From: an uncultured Bacteroidota bacterium | Lineage (GTDB): Bacteria > Bacteroidota > Bacteroidia > Flavobacteriales > Flavobacteriaceae | Assembly: GCA_902536935.1 (NCBI GenBank) | Contig: CACAZM010000001.1 | Coordinates: 22,013 to 86,012 of the forward strand | Reading direction: 5' to 3' | DNA length: 64,000 nucleotides | In this document: positions 37,444 through 46,874 of the stretch, one piece after another | Numbering within the stretch: the stretch's first letter is position 1 | Layout: each line of letters begins with the position of its first letter | Position numbers and translations under genes: made by a program | The notes under the pieces: model-generated | The model's input: the letters and a program-made list of their open reading frames with translations, nothing else | What the model was told of the DNA's origin: nothing | The model's database searches: none

Positions 37444-37451
37444 TATCTTTG
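37444..37451 (+). promoter_or_regulatory. Candidate -7 box (TAtcTTTG) for ubiE-porT
   Basis: Exact TAnnTTTG, 24 nt upstream of the ATG at 37476. Confidence 0.45.
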
Positions 37452-37475
37452 CACAAATTGCTGTAATATCATGCC

Positions 37476-38207
37476 ATGGTCAAACCTTATCAAAATTCTT
37501 CTTCATCCAAAAAAGAACAAGTTACCACAATGTTTAATGGCATTGCCGATAATTATGATTCCTTAAACCGTGTGATATCGATGGGTATTGACAAATCATG
37601 GCGACGAAAGTTGGTTGCTATGGCAGCCAATAAAAAGCCTAAAACGATCGTGGATGTCGCTACTGGAACTGGAGACTTGGCAATTGCTTTAACATCGATT
37701 CCATCTGCCACAGTTACGGGGATTGATATTGCTGTTGAGATGTTGGAAATAGGAAAACAGAAAATCACTGATCGCAATCTTAATCGTAAAATCAATATGA
37801 TTGTTGGCGATGCCGAGTCTTTGCCTGTTGCAGACAATACTACAGATGTTGTGACCGTAGCTTTTGGTGTTAGAAATTTTGGTGATCTTTATAAGGGGCT
37901 TTCTGAGATTCATCGCATTCTGAAACCGGAGGGACAGCTATTTGTTTTGGAAACTTCTGTGCCAAAAAATTTGTTTTTTCGAATTGGGTATAAGATCTAC
38001 ACTTCACTATTTCTGCCCCTTGTTGGACAATTGTTTTCCTCAGATAAAAACGCATACAGCTATCTTTCTCATTCTGCTGCTGCTTTTCCCAATGGCGATG
38101 TCTTTAACAATAAACTTCGAAAAGTTGGGTTTACAAGAGTAAAGAACCATCCACAAACCTTTGGGGTCGTAACCATTTACCAAGGCACAAAAAGTAAAGA
38201 TGAGTAA
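37476..38207 (+). CDS. ubiE: Demethylmenaquinone / ubiquinone-precursor methyltransferase
   Basis: FNGIADNYDSLNRVISMGIDKSWRR and VDVATGTGDLA are UbiE/MenG signatures, 243 aa. Confidence 0.9.
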   Translation: MVKPYQNSSSSKKEQVTTMFNGIADNYDSLNRVISMGIDKSWRRKLVAMAANKKPKTIVDVATGTGDLAIALTSIPSATVTGIDIAVEMLEIGKQKITDRNLNRKINMIVGDAESLPVADNTTDVVTVAFGVRNFGDLYKGLSEIHRILKPEGQLFVLETSVPKNLFFRIGYKIYTSLFLPLVGQLFSSDKNAYSYLSHSAAAFPNGDVFNNKLRKVGFTRVKNHPQTFGVVTIYQGTKSKDE

Positions 38208-38889
38208 ACCTCTTCTTATTGTTTTTCTTATTACCATGACTGCAACGAGTTGGGGTCAAAGAAGCGATACGCCTGAATATCATAAAAAGGACGATGATTA
38301 TTTATTACGCTTTGGATACTATTTGGGAATCAATCAGATGAATTTTAAAGCCGAATACTCACGGTACACTTTGGATCAATTAGAGATTCAACCACAATTG
38401 GGGTTCAACGTCGGGCTTTTTGCTGATTTACGAATTCTAGACAACATCAACTTACGAATCGAACCCGGAATGTTTACAAGTCAACGAATCCTTACATTCC
38501 CAGAAAATTGGGCAGAAGTTCGCAATCCCGATAATCGCCGTCGAGATGTCAAATCTACATATATACGCATACCCTTGGTTTTTAAATTTTCAACCGACCG
38601 AATCCACAATGTGAGACCCTTTGTCGTCGGTGGAGTTTCGACCTCTTTCAACCTGTCCAGCAATGAAAAAAGCCGAGAGGATAATGACAGCGGACAATTT
38701 CGTTCACGTACCAAAATGAACTCGTTTGAAATTGGACTTGGCGTTGAACTGTATTTGCCCTTTTTCCGATTAACCCCATCAATTCGGGGAATTTTTTCTA
38801 CAGAAGATGAGATAGTACCCGACGACTGGACAGTGGCAATTCAATCACTGAAAACGCAAGGGATTTTTCTAAACTTTATTTTTCAATAG
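38200..38889 (+). CDS. porT: PorT/SprT-family outer-membrane beta-barrel protein (T9SS-associated)
   Basis: Signal peptide and an alternating beta-strand pattern ending in aromatic residues (GIFLNFIFQ). It overlaps the ubiE stop by 8 nt. I recall the ubiE-porT pairing as typical for Flavobacteriia, so the family call rests on memory of that synteny and on general OMP features. Confidence 0.6.
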   Translation: MSKPLLIVFLITMTATSWGQRSDTPEYHKKDDDYLLRFGYYLGINQMNFKAEYSRYTLDQLEIQPQLGFNVGLFADLRILDNINLRIEPGMFTSQRILTFPENWAEVRNPDNRRRDVKSTYIRIPLVFKFSTDRIHNVRPFVVGGVSTSFNLSSNEKSREDNDSGQFRSRTKMNSFEIGLGVELYLPFFRLTPSIRGIFSTEDEIVPDDWTVAIQSLKTQGIFLNFIFQ

Positions 38890-39604
38890 GGTTTTTTTGG
38901 CGCGCTTCAGCTACAATAATGCCTGTTGCCATAGCTGCGTTTAGACTTTCTGCCCCTCCAAATCTAGGAATTGTGATAGCGTCAGTTGCAAGTTCCTGAA
39001 TTTGTTTTGACAATCCTTTACCCTCATTCCCGATGACCAAAATCATTGGTGAATCAAAAGCGTAATCATATAGTGACTGTCCAGCCATAGTTGTAGCTAC
39101 AATTTCGTGATTTTGCATTCCCATAAGCCATGTTTGTAGGTCTTTATAAAGTACTTGAACTCGAGCCAAAGAACCCATAGCCGAACGAATCACTTTTGGG
39201 TTGTAACAATCAACCGTATCTGACGAACAAACGATATCTTGGATCCCGAACCAGTCACATAACCTAATGATTGTGCCCAAGTTTCCGGGATCTTGTATGC
39301 TATCCAGTGCGAGAATCAAATTTGATTCTGCAAGCGATTGTTCATTTGCTTTGGCGAATACTGCCAAGGCAACTGCAGGCGTTTTTAAAGCACTCATGGA
39401 TTTCATTTCCGATTGAGTTATCACTATGGCTTCATGATAAGAAAACAGTGTTTTATCCGTTGTAAAAAGTTGATGTAGTTGGTAATTTTCATTGATAAAT
39501 TCCTGCACGACCTTATGCCCTTCAGCCACAAACTGATCGTATTTATCTCTTTGTTTTTTTTGCGCCAGTTGGCGTACGAATTTGATTTGGCTTTTGCTAA
39601 CCAT
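38876..39604 (-). CDS. TrmH/SpoU-family RNA 2'-O-methyltransferase
   Basis: SpoU motifs (DSIQDPGNLGTIIRLCDWFG, LVIGNEGKGLS, IPRFGGAESLNAAMATGI). 242 aa from the ATG at 39604 (MVSKSQIKFVRQL). Confidence 0.8.
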   Translation of the reverse strand: MVSKSQIKFVRQLAQKKQRDKYDQFVAEGHKVVQEFINENYQLHQLFTTDKTLFSYHEAIVITQSEMKSMSALKTPAVALAVFAKANEQSLAESNLILALDSIQDPGNLGTIIRLCDWFGIQDIVCSSDTVDCYNPKVIRSAMGSLARVQVLYKDLQTWLMGMQNHEIVATTMAGQSLYDYAFDSPMILVIGNEGKGLSKQIQELATDAITIPRFGGAESLNAAMATGIIVAEARQKNPIEK

Positions 39605-39614
39605 ACAAATGATG

Positions 39615-39622
39615 TATTTTTG
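39615..39622 (+). promoter_or_regulatory. Candidate -7 box (TAttTTTG) for the tamL-like gene
   Basis: Exact TAnnTTTG inside the 25-bp divergent spacer, 7 nt before the ATG at 39630. Confidence 0.35.
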
Positions 39623-39629
39623 AATTTTG

Positions 39630-42149
39630 ATGCTTGCATTCAGACCACATACTACAAAAATACTACTATTCCTTTGCTTAGGCACAATGCTATCGGGTTG
39701 CCGTATAACAAAAAAAATCGATGCGGACGATTTGTTGCTTGACCAAAATCTGTTTTACTACAATGGAAATCGAACCTTTGCAGATTCAATTCAATCGCTG
39801 GTACCGCAACAACCAAACAAAAGGATCTTGGGTATTCCTTTGCGTTTGTTGATCTACCAATCTGCAAACCAAAATTCCGCTTCAGAGTTTGATGACTGGT
39901 TACAAAAAAAACCCAAACGCAGTCAACGTATGCAATCAATTTGGTCTCAAAAACAGATCAATCAAATGCGGGCTTACAAGGTTCAATTCCAAAACTGGAA
40001 ACAAAGAAATGGTGAGCCCCCGTCTTTAATAGACTCCTTATATTTTGACCAATATGCCAACGATATCACCACCTACCTATCGAATCGTGGATATTTTAAA
40101 GCTAAAACAAAGGTTGTCAAAGAACTTACAAGCCCATCGCGTCAGACAGCAAATTTGATTTATGACATTCAAACTGGACTTCCTTATTATCTCGATTCAA
40201 TCACAACAAACATCAAAAGCCCAGTTATTGATTCGCTCTACCAACTCAAGTCTTCGGAATCAATTCTAAAAAAAGGAAATAAGTTTAACACCCTTGATTT
40301 TGAAGAGGAACGAAATCGATTGTATTCGTATTTTAAAAATCAAGGAGTTTATCATTTTCAGCTGAATTCGATTGACTTTGAAATCGCATGGGATACCACT
40401 GGTACTGATTTTCAACTACCTGTAAAGATATCAATCGAGGATTTTAGAAAGCCCACGTCCGAAGGGATTGTTTTTGAGCCTTATAAACAAACCAAAATCA
40501 ACGCAGTGAACGTATATACAACTCTTGCCGATGAAGTGGAATCCCAAACTCAATTTGACAGCATTTCGTTTTTTGGATTGAAGAAGAAACGATACAATCA
40601 AAATATGCTTTCAAAAGCCATTCAGATGCGCTCTGGAGACCTTTATAGTGATAGAGCACGAACCGAAACAATTGCCAAGCTCAATCACTTGGGGATTTTT
40701 GAATACCCCAATGTTAGCTACTCATACTCTGATTCATTAGAAAGCGCCTTGAATACAATCATAACCCTACGCCCTAGGGAACGTTTCGAGCTCGAGTTTG
40801 GATTGGACCTTACCCAGTCCAATATCCAAGATCAGGGTGTTGCGTTTAATAGCAGTATAAATGTTCTCAATATTTTTCGAGGAGCCGAAAATTTTGAATT
40901 TGGTGTTCGAGGAACTATCGGTCGTTCAGCCGATGAAGTCATTTCTGAAATTGGTGGAAACGTGAGACTGCGGTTACCCAAAATTTTAATGCCAAGAATG
41001 ATTGCAAAATTAATCCAAGAAAATCTACAGCCCATATCAGTTCTAAATTTTGGAACGGCTCTTCAAAACAATATCGGATTGGACAAACAGACCTATAGTG
41101 CAGGTGTTCAATATCAGTGGAGATCTAAAATGAATAATCGGATTGACCTCAACTTACTAGACCTGACTCTAGTCGACAACCGTAACGTTCAAAACTATTT
41201 CAATGTGTACACAAACTCATACTCTGAACTCAATTCACTTGCAAAATCAACGACTGGTACCTCGACTTTTTTTAACGGTGACAATCTTGCCATTCCAGTT
41301 GGAACAGCTGGATTTACGAACTACGTCCTTTCGGATAGTTCTCCAATCACAAAAGGAAGCCCTTCTTATCTCATCGTACAACGTATAGAAGAGCGAAGAG
41401 ACCGCTTGACCCAAAATAACCTGATCATCGGATCGAGTATTAATTTTTTAAAAAATACACAAACTAGTTTTTTTGATGAAAATTTTTATCAAGTCCGCTT
41501 CAAATTTGAATCTGCTGGAAATCTGATCAACCTATTGGCTAAACCACTTAATTTGGAAAGAAAAAACGAAACTAATTATCTGTTTAATCTTCCTTACAGT
41601 CAGTATATCAAAGGAGAGTTTGACTACATTCAGCACTGGCTTGTCAGTTCGTCTTCTGTTTTTGCATTACGAACGTTTGTGGGTTTAGCGGTTCCACTTG
41701 GCAACGCCACTAGTATTCCTTTTAACCGCTCTTATTTTTCTGGTGGCGCAAATGACAATCGAGCTTGGGAGGTATATCGTTTAGGGCCTGGGAGTAGTTT
41801 TTCGGGGAATGAATTTAACGAGGCAAATTTCAAACTTGCGCTAAATCTGGAATATCGCTTTGACCTATTTGGATCATTTAAAGGTGCGTTATTTACCGAT
41901 GTAGGAAATATTTGGAATGTGTTTGACGATATTACTGATCCCAAAAGAAGATTTGATGGATTCGGAGATTTGAGCGAACTTGCAGTTGGGTCTGGTTTTG
42001 GTATGCGATATGATTTTGGACTGTTTATTTTTAGACTCGACACTGGTTTTAAAACTCATAATCCAGCACTGGAAAAATCGAAGAGATGGCTAACCGAATT
42101 ACAGTTAAAAAAAGCAAACGTCACAATCGGAATAAATTATCCTTTTTAA
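39630..42149 (+). CDS. tamL: Omp85-family outer-membrane lipoprotein, TamL-like (translocation and assembly module)
   Basis: Lipobox TMLSGC, POTRA-like repeats, and a C-terminal bacterial surface antigen barrel (YFSGGANDNRAW, ...TIGINYPF terminal F). A lipidated TamA homolog is the Bacteroidota form. 839 aa. Confidence 0.7.
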   Translation: MLAFRPHTTKILLFLCLGTMLSGCRITKKIDADDLLLDQNLFYYNGNRTFADSIQSLVPQQPNKRILGIPLRLLIYQSANQNSASEFDDWLQKKPKRSQRMQSIWSQKQINQMRAYKVQFQNWKQRNGEPPSLIDSLYFDQYANDITTYLSNRGYFKAKTKVVKELTSPSRQTANLIYDIQTGLPYYLDSITTNIKSPVIDSLYQLKSSESILKKGNKFNTLDFEEERNRLYSYFKNQGVYHFQLNSIDFEIAWDTTGTDFQLPVKISIEDFRKPTSEGIVFEPYKQTKINAVNVYTTLADEVESQTQFDSISFFGLKKKRYNQNMLSKAIQMRSGDLYSDRARTETIAKLNHLGIFEYPNVSYSYSDSLESALNTIITLRPRERFELEFGLDLTQSNIQDQGVAFNSSINVLNIFRGAENFEFGVRGTIGRSADEVISEIGGNVRLRLPKILMPRMIAKLIQENLQPISVLNFGTALQNNIGLDKQTYSAGVQYQWRSKMNNRIDLNLLDLTLVDNRNVQNYFNVYTNSYSELNSLAKSTTGTSTFFNGDNLAIPVGTAGFTNYVLSDSSPITKGSPSYLIVQRIEERRDRLTQNNLIIGSSINFLKNTQTSFFDENFYQVRFKFESAGNLINLLAKPLNLERKNETNYLFNLPYSQYIKGEFDYIQHWLVSSSSVFALRTFVGLAVPLGNATSIPFNRSYFSGGANDNRAWEVYRLGPGSSFSGNEFNEANFKLALNLEYRFDLFGSFKGALFTDVGNIWNVFDDITDPKRRFDGFGDLSELAVGSGFGMRYDFGLFIFRLDTGFKTHNPALEKSKRWLTELQLKKANVTIGINYPF

Positions 42150-42165
42150 AGGTTAAATTTTATTC

Positions 42166-42173
42166 TATTTTTG
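42166..42173 (+). promoter_or_regulatory. Candidate -7 box (TAttTTTG) for fbaA
   Basis: Exact TAnnTTTG, 23 nt upstream of the ATG at 42197. Confidence 0.45.
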
Positions 42174-42196
42174 CGCCTTCAAAACAATAAAAACCA

Positions 42197-43264
42197 ATGA
42201 GTCACTCTATTCAACCCGGCGTAATTACCGGCAAACAAGTTCAAGAAGTTTTTCAACTGGCAAAAGATAAAAAGTTTGCTCTTCCTGCCGTGAATGTCAT
42301 CGGGTCGAGCTCGATCAATGGCGTACTTGAAACAGCCGCATCCCTAAATGCACCTGTAATCATACAATTCTCTAATGGCGGAGCACAATTTAATGCGGGC
42401 AAGGGGCTTTCCAACGAAGACCAACAGGCAGCCATTACTGGAGCTATAGCGGGCGCAAAACACGTGCATCAATTGGCTGAAGCATACGGGGCGGTTGTGA
42501 TTCTTCACACCGATCATGCTGCTAAAAAATTATTGCCTTGGATCGACGGTTTACTCGCTGCAAGCGAAAAGCATTTTGCTGAAACTGGAAAGTCCTTGTT
42601 TAGCTCTCACATGATTGATCTTTCTGAAGAACCATTGGAGGAAAACATTGCAATTTGTAAAGAATACCTCAAGCGCATGTCGAAAATGGATATGACTCTC
42701 GAAATCGAACTCGGAGTAACTGGCGGAGAGGAAGATGGCGTTGACAATACCGATATTGACAGTTCGAAACTCTACACCCAGCCAGAAGAAGTTGCTTACG
42801 CTTTTAAAGAGCTTTCTCAAGTTAGCGACCAATTCACTGTAGCTGCAGCATTTGGAAATGTGCATGGGGTGTACAAACCTGGAAACGTCAAATTGACTCC
42901 CAAGATTTTAAAGAACTCTCAGGAGTTTGTCAGTGAAAAATACGGGGTAGAGCACAACAACATCGACTTTGTATTTCATGGTGGATCAGGGTCAACTGTA
43001 GCCGAAATCTCCGAAGCCATTGGATATGGTGTAATCAAAATGAACATCGATACGGATATGCAATACGCTTTTATGAGTGGTGTTCGGGACTATGTTCAAA
43101 ACAAATCTGATTATCTCCAACAGCAAATCGGAAATCCAGAAGGAGATGATGTGCCTAACAAAAAGTTTTACGATCCTCGCGTCTGGTTGAGAGAAGGAGA
43201 AAAAAGCTTTATTGATAGACTCAAGCAAGCTTTTGAAGACTTAAACAATGTGAATACATTGTAG
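42197..43264 (+). CDS. fbaA: Class II fructose-1,6-bisphosphate aldolase
   Basis: Class IIa motifs (PAVNVIGSSS, ILHTDHAAK, FHGGSGS), 355 aa. Confidence 0.95.
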   Translation: MSHSIQPGVITGKQVQEVFQLAKDKKFALPAVNVIGSSSINGVLETAASLNAPVIIQFSNGGAQFNAGKGLSNEDQQAAITGAIAGAKHVHQLAEAYGAVVILHTDHAAKKLLPWIDGLLAASEKHFAETGKSLFSSHMIDLSEEPLEENIAICKEYLKRMSKMDMTLEIELGVTGGEEDGVDNTDIDSSKLYTQPEEVAYAFKELSQVSDQFTVAAAFGNVHGVYKPGNVKLTPKILKNSQEFVSEKYGVEHNNIDFVFHGGSGSTVAEISEAIGYGVIKMNIDTDMQYAFMSGVRDYVQNKSDYLQQQIGNPEGDDVPNKKFYDPRVWLREGEKSFIDRLKQAFEDLNNVNTL

Positions 43265-43279
43265 TGTTATTTGGTTTTT

Positions 43280-43287
43280 TATCTTTG
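43280..43287 (+). promoter_or_regulatory. Candidate -7 box (TAtcTTTG) for accD
   Basis: Exact TAnnTTTG, 16 nt upstream of the ATG at 43304. Confidence 0.45.
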
Positions 43288-43303
43288 ATTAAAATAAAAC
43301 CGT

Positions 43304-44164
43304 ATGCCTTGGTTTAAACGAACAACTAAAGGAATCCGAACGAGTACGGAGGATAAAAAAGACACCCCCCAAGGTCTTTGGTATAAATCGCCAACAGGAA
43401 AAATAATCGATACAGAGGAACTGGCGGAAAACTTTTATGTTTCCCCAGAAGACGGCTACCATGTTAGGGTTGGGAGTCAAATCTACTTCGATCTTCTTTT
43501 TGACGATGGAAAATTCAGAGAACTCGATAAAAAAATATCATCTAAAGACCCCCTCCAATTTGAAGATTCAAAAACCTACAAAGATCGTTTGTCTGCAGCT
43601 CAGAAAAAAACAAAGTTATCTGATGCTGTTCGAACAGCAGTAGGCAAATCGAATGGCAATCAGCTTGTCGTGGCATGTATGGATTTCGCATTTATCGGCG
43701 GATCTATGGGTTCGGTTGTAGGTGAAAAGATTTACCGTGCGGCGGATTATGCTTTACAGAAAAAAATACCTCTTCTTGTGATTTCAAAATCTGGAGGTGC
43801 ACGCATGATGGAAGCGGCACTTTCATTGATGCAAATGGCTAAAACCTCGGCGAAGTTAGCACAGTTGTCAGATGCTCAAATTCCATACATCTCATTATGC
43901 ACAGATCCAACAACAGGAGGTACAACTGCATCTTTTGCTATGCTTGGCGATATTAATATCGCTGAACCCGGTGCTTTGATCGGCTTTGCGGGGCCTCGCG
44001 TAGTTAAGGACACAACGGGACAAGACTTGCCTGATGGATTTCAAACAAGCGAGTTTGTTTTAGAACATGGATTCTTGGATTTTATCACCCATCGCAAGGA
44101 TTTAAAGAGTAAGGTAAATCTATATTTGGACCTGGTTCTTAACCGCCCTGTCGCAAAACCATAA
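43304..44164 (+). CDS. accD: Acetyl-CoA carboxylase carboxyltransferase beta subunit
   Basis: [17 protein letters not shown] and SGGARMMEA motifs, 286 aa. It lacks the N-terminal Cys4 zinc finger, as is usual in Bacteroidota. Confidence 0.95.
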   Translation: MPWFKRTTKGIRTSTEDKKDTPQGLWYKSPTGKIIDTEELAENFYVSPEDGYHVRVGSQIYFDLLFDDGKFRELDKKISSKDPLQFEDSKTYKDRLSAAQKKTKLSDAVRTAVGKSNGNQLVVACMDFAFIGGSMGSVVGEKIYRAADYALQKKIPLLVISKSGGARMMEAALSLMQMAKTSAKLAQLSDAQIPYISLCTDPTTGGTTASFAMLGDINIAEPGALIGFAGPRVVKDTTGQDLPDGFQTSEFVLEHGFLDFITHRKDLKSKVNLYLDLVLNRPVAKP

Positions 44165-44183
44165 GTTTTTCACATTTAATCCC

Positions 44184-44191
44184 TACATTTG
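44184..44191 (+). promoter_or_regulatory. Candidate -7 box (TAcaTTTG) for rpsO
   Basis: Exact TAnnTTTG, 55 nt upstream of the rpsO ATG. Confidence 0.45.
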
Positions 44192-44195
44192 CAAC

Positions 44196-44214
44196 TTCAA
44201 GAAAAATTCTTGAG
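44196..44214 (+). promoter_or_regulatory. Hairpin at the predicted 5' end of the rpsO leader
   Basis: tcaagaa (44197-44203) pairs with ttcttga (44207-44213), giving a 7-bp stem with a tight AAA loop. It begins just downstream of the candidate -7 box. Confidence 0.35.
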
Positions 44215-44246
44215 TTTACATAATAATCATTTACAATAATATTAGC

Positions 44247-44516
44247 ATGTATTTAACAACAGAAAATAAGAAAGAGATTTTTAAGAAATACGGGGCGTCC
44301 GAAACAAATACTGGATCAACTGAAGGCCAAATCGCTCTCTTTACGCATCGGATCAACCATTTATCCAATCACCTGAAAAAAAATCATAAAGACTTTAATA
44401 CCGAAAGATCACTAGTAAAGATCGTTGGTAAACGAAGAAGTCTTCTAGATTATTTAAAGAAAAAGGATATCAATAAATACAGAGAGTTAATCAAAGAACT
44501 CAACATCCGAAAATAG
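44247..44516 (+). CDS. rpsO: 30S ribosomal protein S15
   Basis: 89 aa with GSTEGQIALFTHRINHLSNHLKKNHKDFNTERSL, unmistakably S15. Confidence 0.97.
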   Translation: MYLTTENKKEIFKKYGASETNTGSTEGQIALFTHRINHLSNHLKKNHKDFNTERSLVKIVGKRRSLLDYLKKKDINKYRELIKELNIRK

Positions 44517-44591
44517 CATAAAAAGCATCATAGTTTTTCATTGGTGACTACGAACGCAACACAACAAACGTTCACATTTAAAATGAAAAAT

Positions 44592-46793
44592 ATGATACCA
44601 AAAGTATATACTGAGTCTATTGACTTAGGAGACGGTCGTACTATTACTATTGAAACTGGTAAGTTGGCCAAACAAGCAGACGGTTCTGCAGTTATTCGCA
44701 TGGGCGACGCAATGATTCTTGCCACTGTTGTATCGGCAAGAAAAGCTTCCGATGTTGATTTCCTACCACTTACTGTAGATTACAGAGAAAAGTTTGCTGC
44801 TGCTGGGCGTTTTCCAGGCGGTTTTTTTAAGCGCGAAGCGCGTCCAAGCAACGAGGAAATTCTAACCATGCGATTAGTGGATCGTGTTTTGCGACCGCTT
44901 TTCCCGAAAGACTATCACGCTGAAACCCAAGTCATGCTACAACTGATGTCGCATGATGAAAATGTAATGCCCGATGCCTTAGCTGGATTAGCGGCATCAA
45001 CGGTTATTCAGCTATCTGACATTCCATTTGAATATCCGATTTCGGAAGTCCGAGTGGCTCGAATTGATGGGGACTTTATTGTCAACCCGAGCAGAGAGCA
45101 ATTGCAAGAGTCAGACATTGATATTATGGTGGGTGCGAGTGCAGACTCTGTCGCCATGGTTGAAGGAGAATTTGAAGAGGTTTCGGAACAGTGTATGGCC
45201 GATGCCATTCGCTTTGGACATGAAGCCATCAAAAAACAAATCGAAGCACAAGTTCGATTGGTAAAAGCCGTAGGTAAAAAAGAAACGCGTACCTACGATG
45301 CAGAAAACCACGATGAAGAGTTAGAGAAGAAAATTCATGACTTTGTCTATCAAAGTTGTTATGACATCGCAAAGCAAGGTCTTTCAAAGCAAGAACGCGG
45401 TGAAAAATTCTCTGAACTCAAAGAGACTTTAATTGCTGAATTTTCAGAAGAAGAGCAAGAAGAGCATGGGAAATTGATTTCCAAATACTTTGGAAAAGCA
45501 CAAAAGGAAGCTATACGTGAACTCGTTTTAACAGAAGGAATTCGTCTAGACGGTCGTCAGACTGCAGACATTCGTCCGATTTGGTGTGAGGTCGATTATC
45601 TTCCTTCAACACACGGTTCTTCAGTCTTTACCCGTGGAGAGACCCAAGCATTGGCAACTGTAACGCTCGGAACTTCCAGAGAAGCAAATATTATTGATTC
45701 TCCATCGAACCAAGGAGAAGAGACATTTTATTTACACTACAACTTCCCACCATTTTGTACAGGTGAGGCACGACCATTACGAGGAACTTCAAGACGTGAA
45801 GTCGGGCATGGTAACCTTGCGCAACGTGCACTAAAAATGGTGATGCCAGAAGAGTCGCCATATACTGTTCGTGTGGTCTCTGAAGTTTTAGAGTCAAATG
45901 GTTCGTCATCTATGGCAACAGTTTGTGCTGGCACCATGGCACTGATGGATGCCGGTGTTCAAATCAAAAGTCCCGTTTCAGGAATTGCAATGGGGTTAAT
46001 TTCGGATGGTGATCGTTTTGCTGTCCTTTCTGACATCCTTGGTGATGAAGATCACCTTGGTGATATGGACTTTAAAGTCACTGGGACAGACAAAGGAATT
46101 ACGGCTTGTCAGATGGATATAAAAATCAAGGGCTTGTCCTATGAAATTTTGATTCAAGCATTGGAACAAGCGCGTCAGGGCAGACTGCATATCCTTGAGA
46201 AGCTGACAGATACCATTAAAGTGCCTGCGGAAGCGATTAAACCACATGCTCCAAAAATGATCAACAGCAGAATTCCAAATGAGTTTATCGGTCCGTTTAT
46301 TGGTCCAGGTGGTAAGGAGATTCAAAATCTGCAACGTGAAACAAGCACGACGATTGTAATCAATGAAGACCCTGATACGCAAGAGGGAATTGTTGAAATC
46401 CTTGGTACTGATCAGGATGGAATCGATCAAGTACTCGCTAAAATTGATGCGCTTACCTTTAAGCCCGAAAAAGATGAGGTTTATAAGGTTAAGGCGATTA
46501 AAATTTTAGAATTTGGCGCTGTCGTTGAATACCTCGAAGCACCTGGCAACGAAGTCCTTTTACACATTAGTGAAATGGCTTGGGCGCGCACAAACGCTGT
46601 TACCGACGTGGTGAATGTTGGTGATGAGTTTGATGTCAAATACTTAGGGTTTGACCCACGTACCAGAAAGGATAAAGTGTCCTTAAAAGCCCTACTTGAA
46701 AAGCCCGAGGGCTATGTGGAGCGTCCACCGAGAAAAGGTGGCAGCGGCGGTCGAGATCGAAAAGGCGGTCGGGACAATCGCAACAGGAGATAA
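44592..46793 (+). CDS. pnp: Polyribonucleotide nucleotidyltransferase (PNPase)
   Basis: Two RNase PH domains, a KH domain (IGPGGKEIQ) and an S1 domain, downstream of rpsO. I chose the ATG at 44592 ([16 protein letters not shown]); the track start at 44541 is a TTG. The C-terminus is Arg/Gly-rich. Confidence 0.97.
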   Translation: MIPKVYTESIDLGDGRTITIETGKLAKQADGSAVIRMGDAMILATVVSARKASDVDFLPLTVDYREKFAAAGRFPGGFFKREARPSNEEILTMRLVDRVLRPLFPKDYHAETQVMLQLMSHDENVMPDALAGLAASTVIQLSDIPFEYPISEVRVARIDGDFIVNPSREQLQESDIDIMVGASADSVAMVEGEFEEVSEQCMADAIRFGHEAIKKQIEAQVRLVKAVGKKETRTYDAENHDEELEKKIHDFVYQSCYDIAKQGLSKQERGEKFSELKETLIAEFSEEEQEEHGKLISKYFGKAQKEAIRELVLTEGIRLDGRQTADIRPIWCEVDYLPSTHGSSVFTRGETQALATVTLGTSREANIIDSPSNQGEETFYLHYNFPPFCTGEARPLRGTSRREVGHGNLAQRALKMVMPEESPYTVRVVSEVLESNGSSSMATVCAGTMALMDAGVQIKSPVSGIAMGLISDGDRFAVLSDILGDEDHLGDMDFKVTGTDKGITACQMDIKIKGLSYEILIQALEQARQGRLHILEKLTDTIKVPAEAIKPHAPKMINSRIPNEFIGPFIGPGGKEIQNLQRETSTTIVINEDPDTQEGIVEILGTDQDGIDQVLAKIDALTFKPEKDEVYKVKAIKILEFGAVVEYLEAPGNEVLLHISEMAWARTNAVTDVVNVGDEFDVKYLGFDPRTRKDKVSLKALLEKPEGYVERPPRKGGSGGRDRKGGRDNRNRR

Positions 46794-46798
46794 TTTTG

Positions 46799-46827
46799 CA
46801 AAATCCCCTTTTTGGGGGGTTTTTTTA
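46799..46827 (+). terminator. Candidate intrinsic terminator after pnp
   Basis: The sequence aaaatCCCCtttttGGGGggttttttt starts 6 nt after the stop. It has a short GC stem followed by a T run of 8. Confidence 0.5.
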
Positions 46828-46874
46828 TTACCTTGCTATATTCGAATCATTGTTGGTTTCAGAATTTAAATCCC

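Noticed and set aside
44553-44574. Small inverted repeat gaacg...cgttc in the rpsO-pnp spacer as an RNase III-type pnp autoregulatory hairpin.
   Set aside because: It has only 5 bp with an 11-nt loop, which is too weak to call without comparative support.
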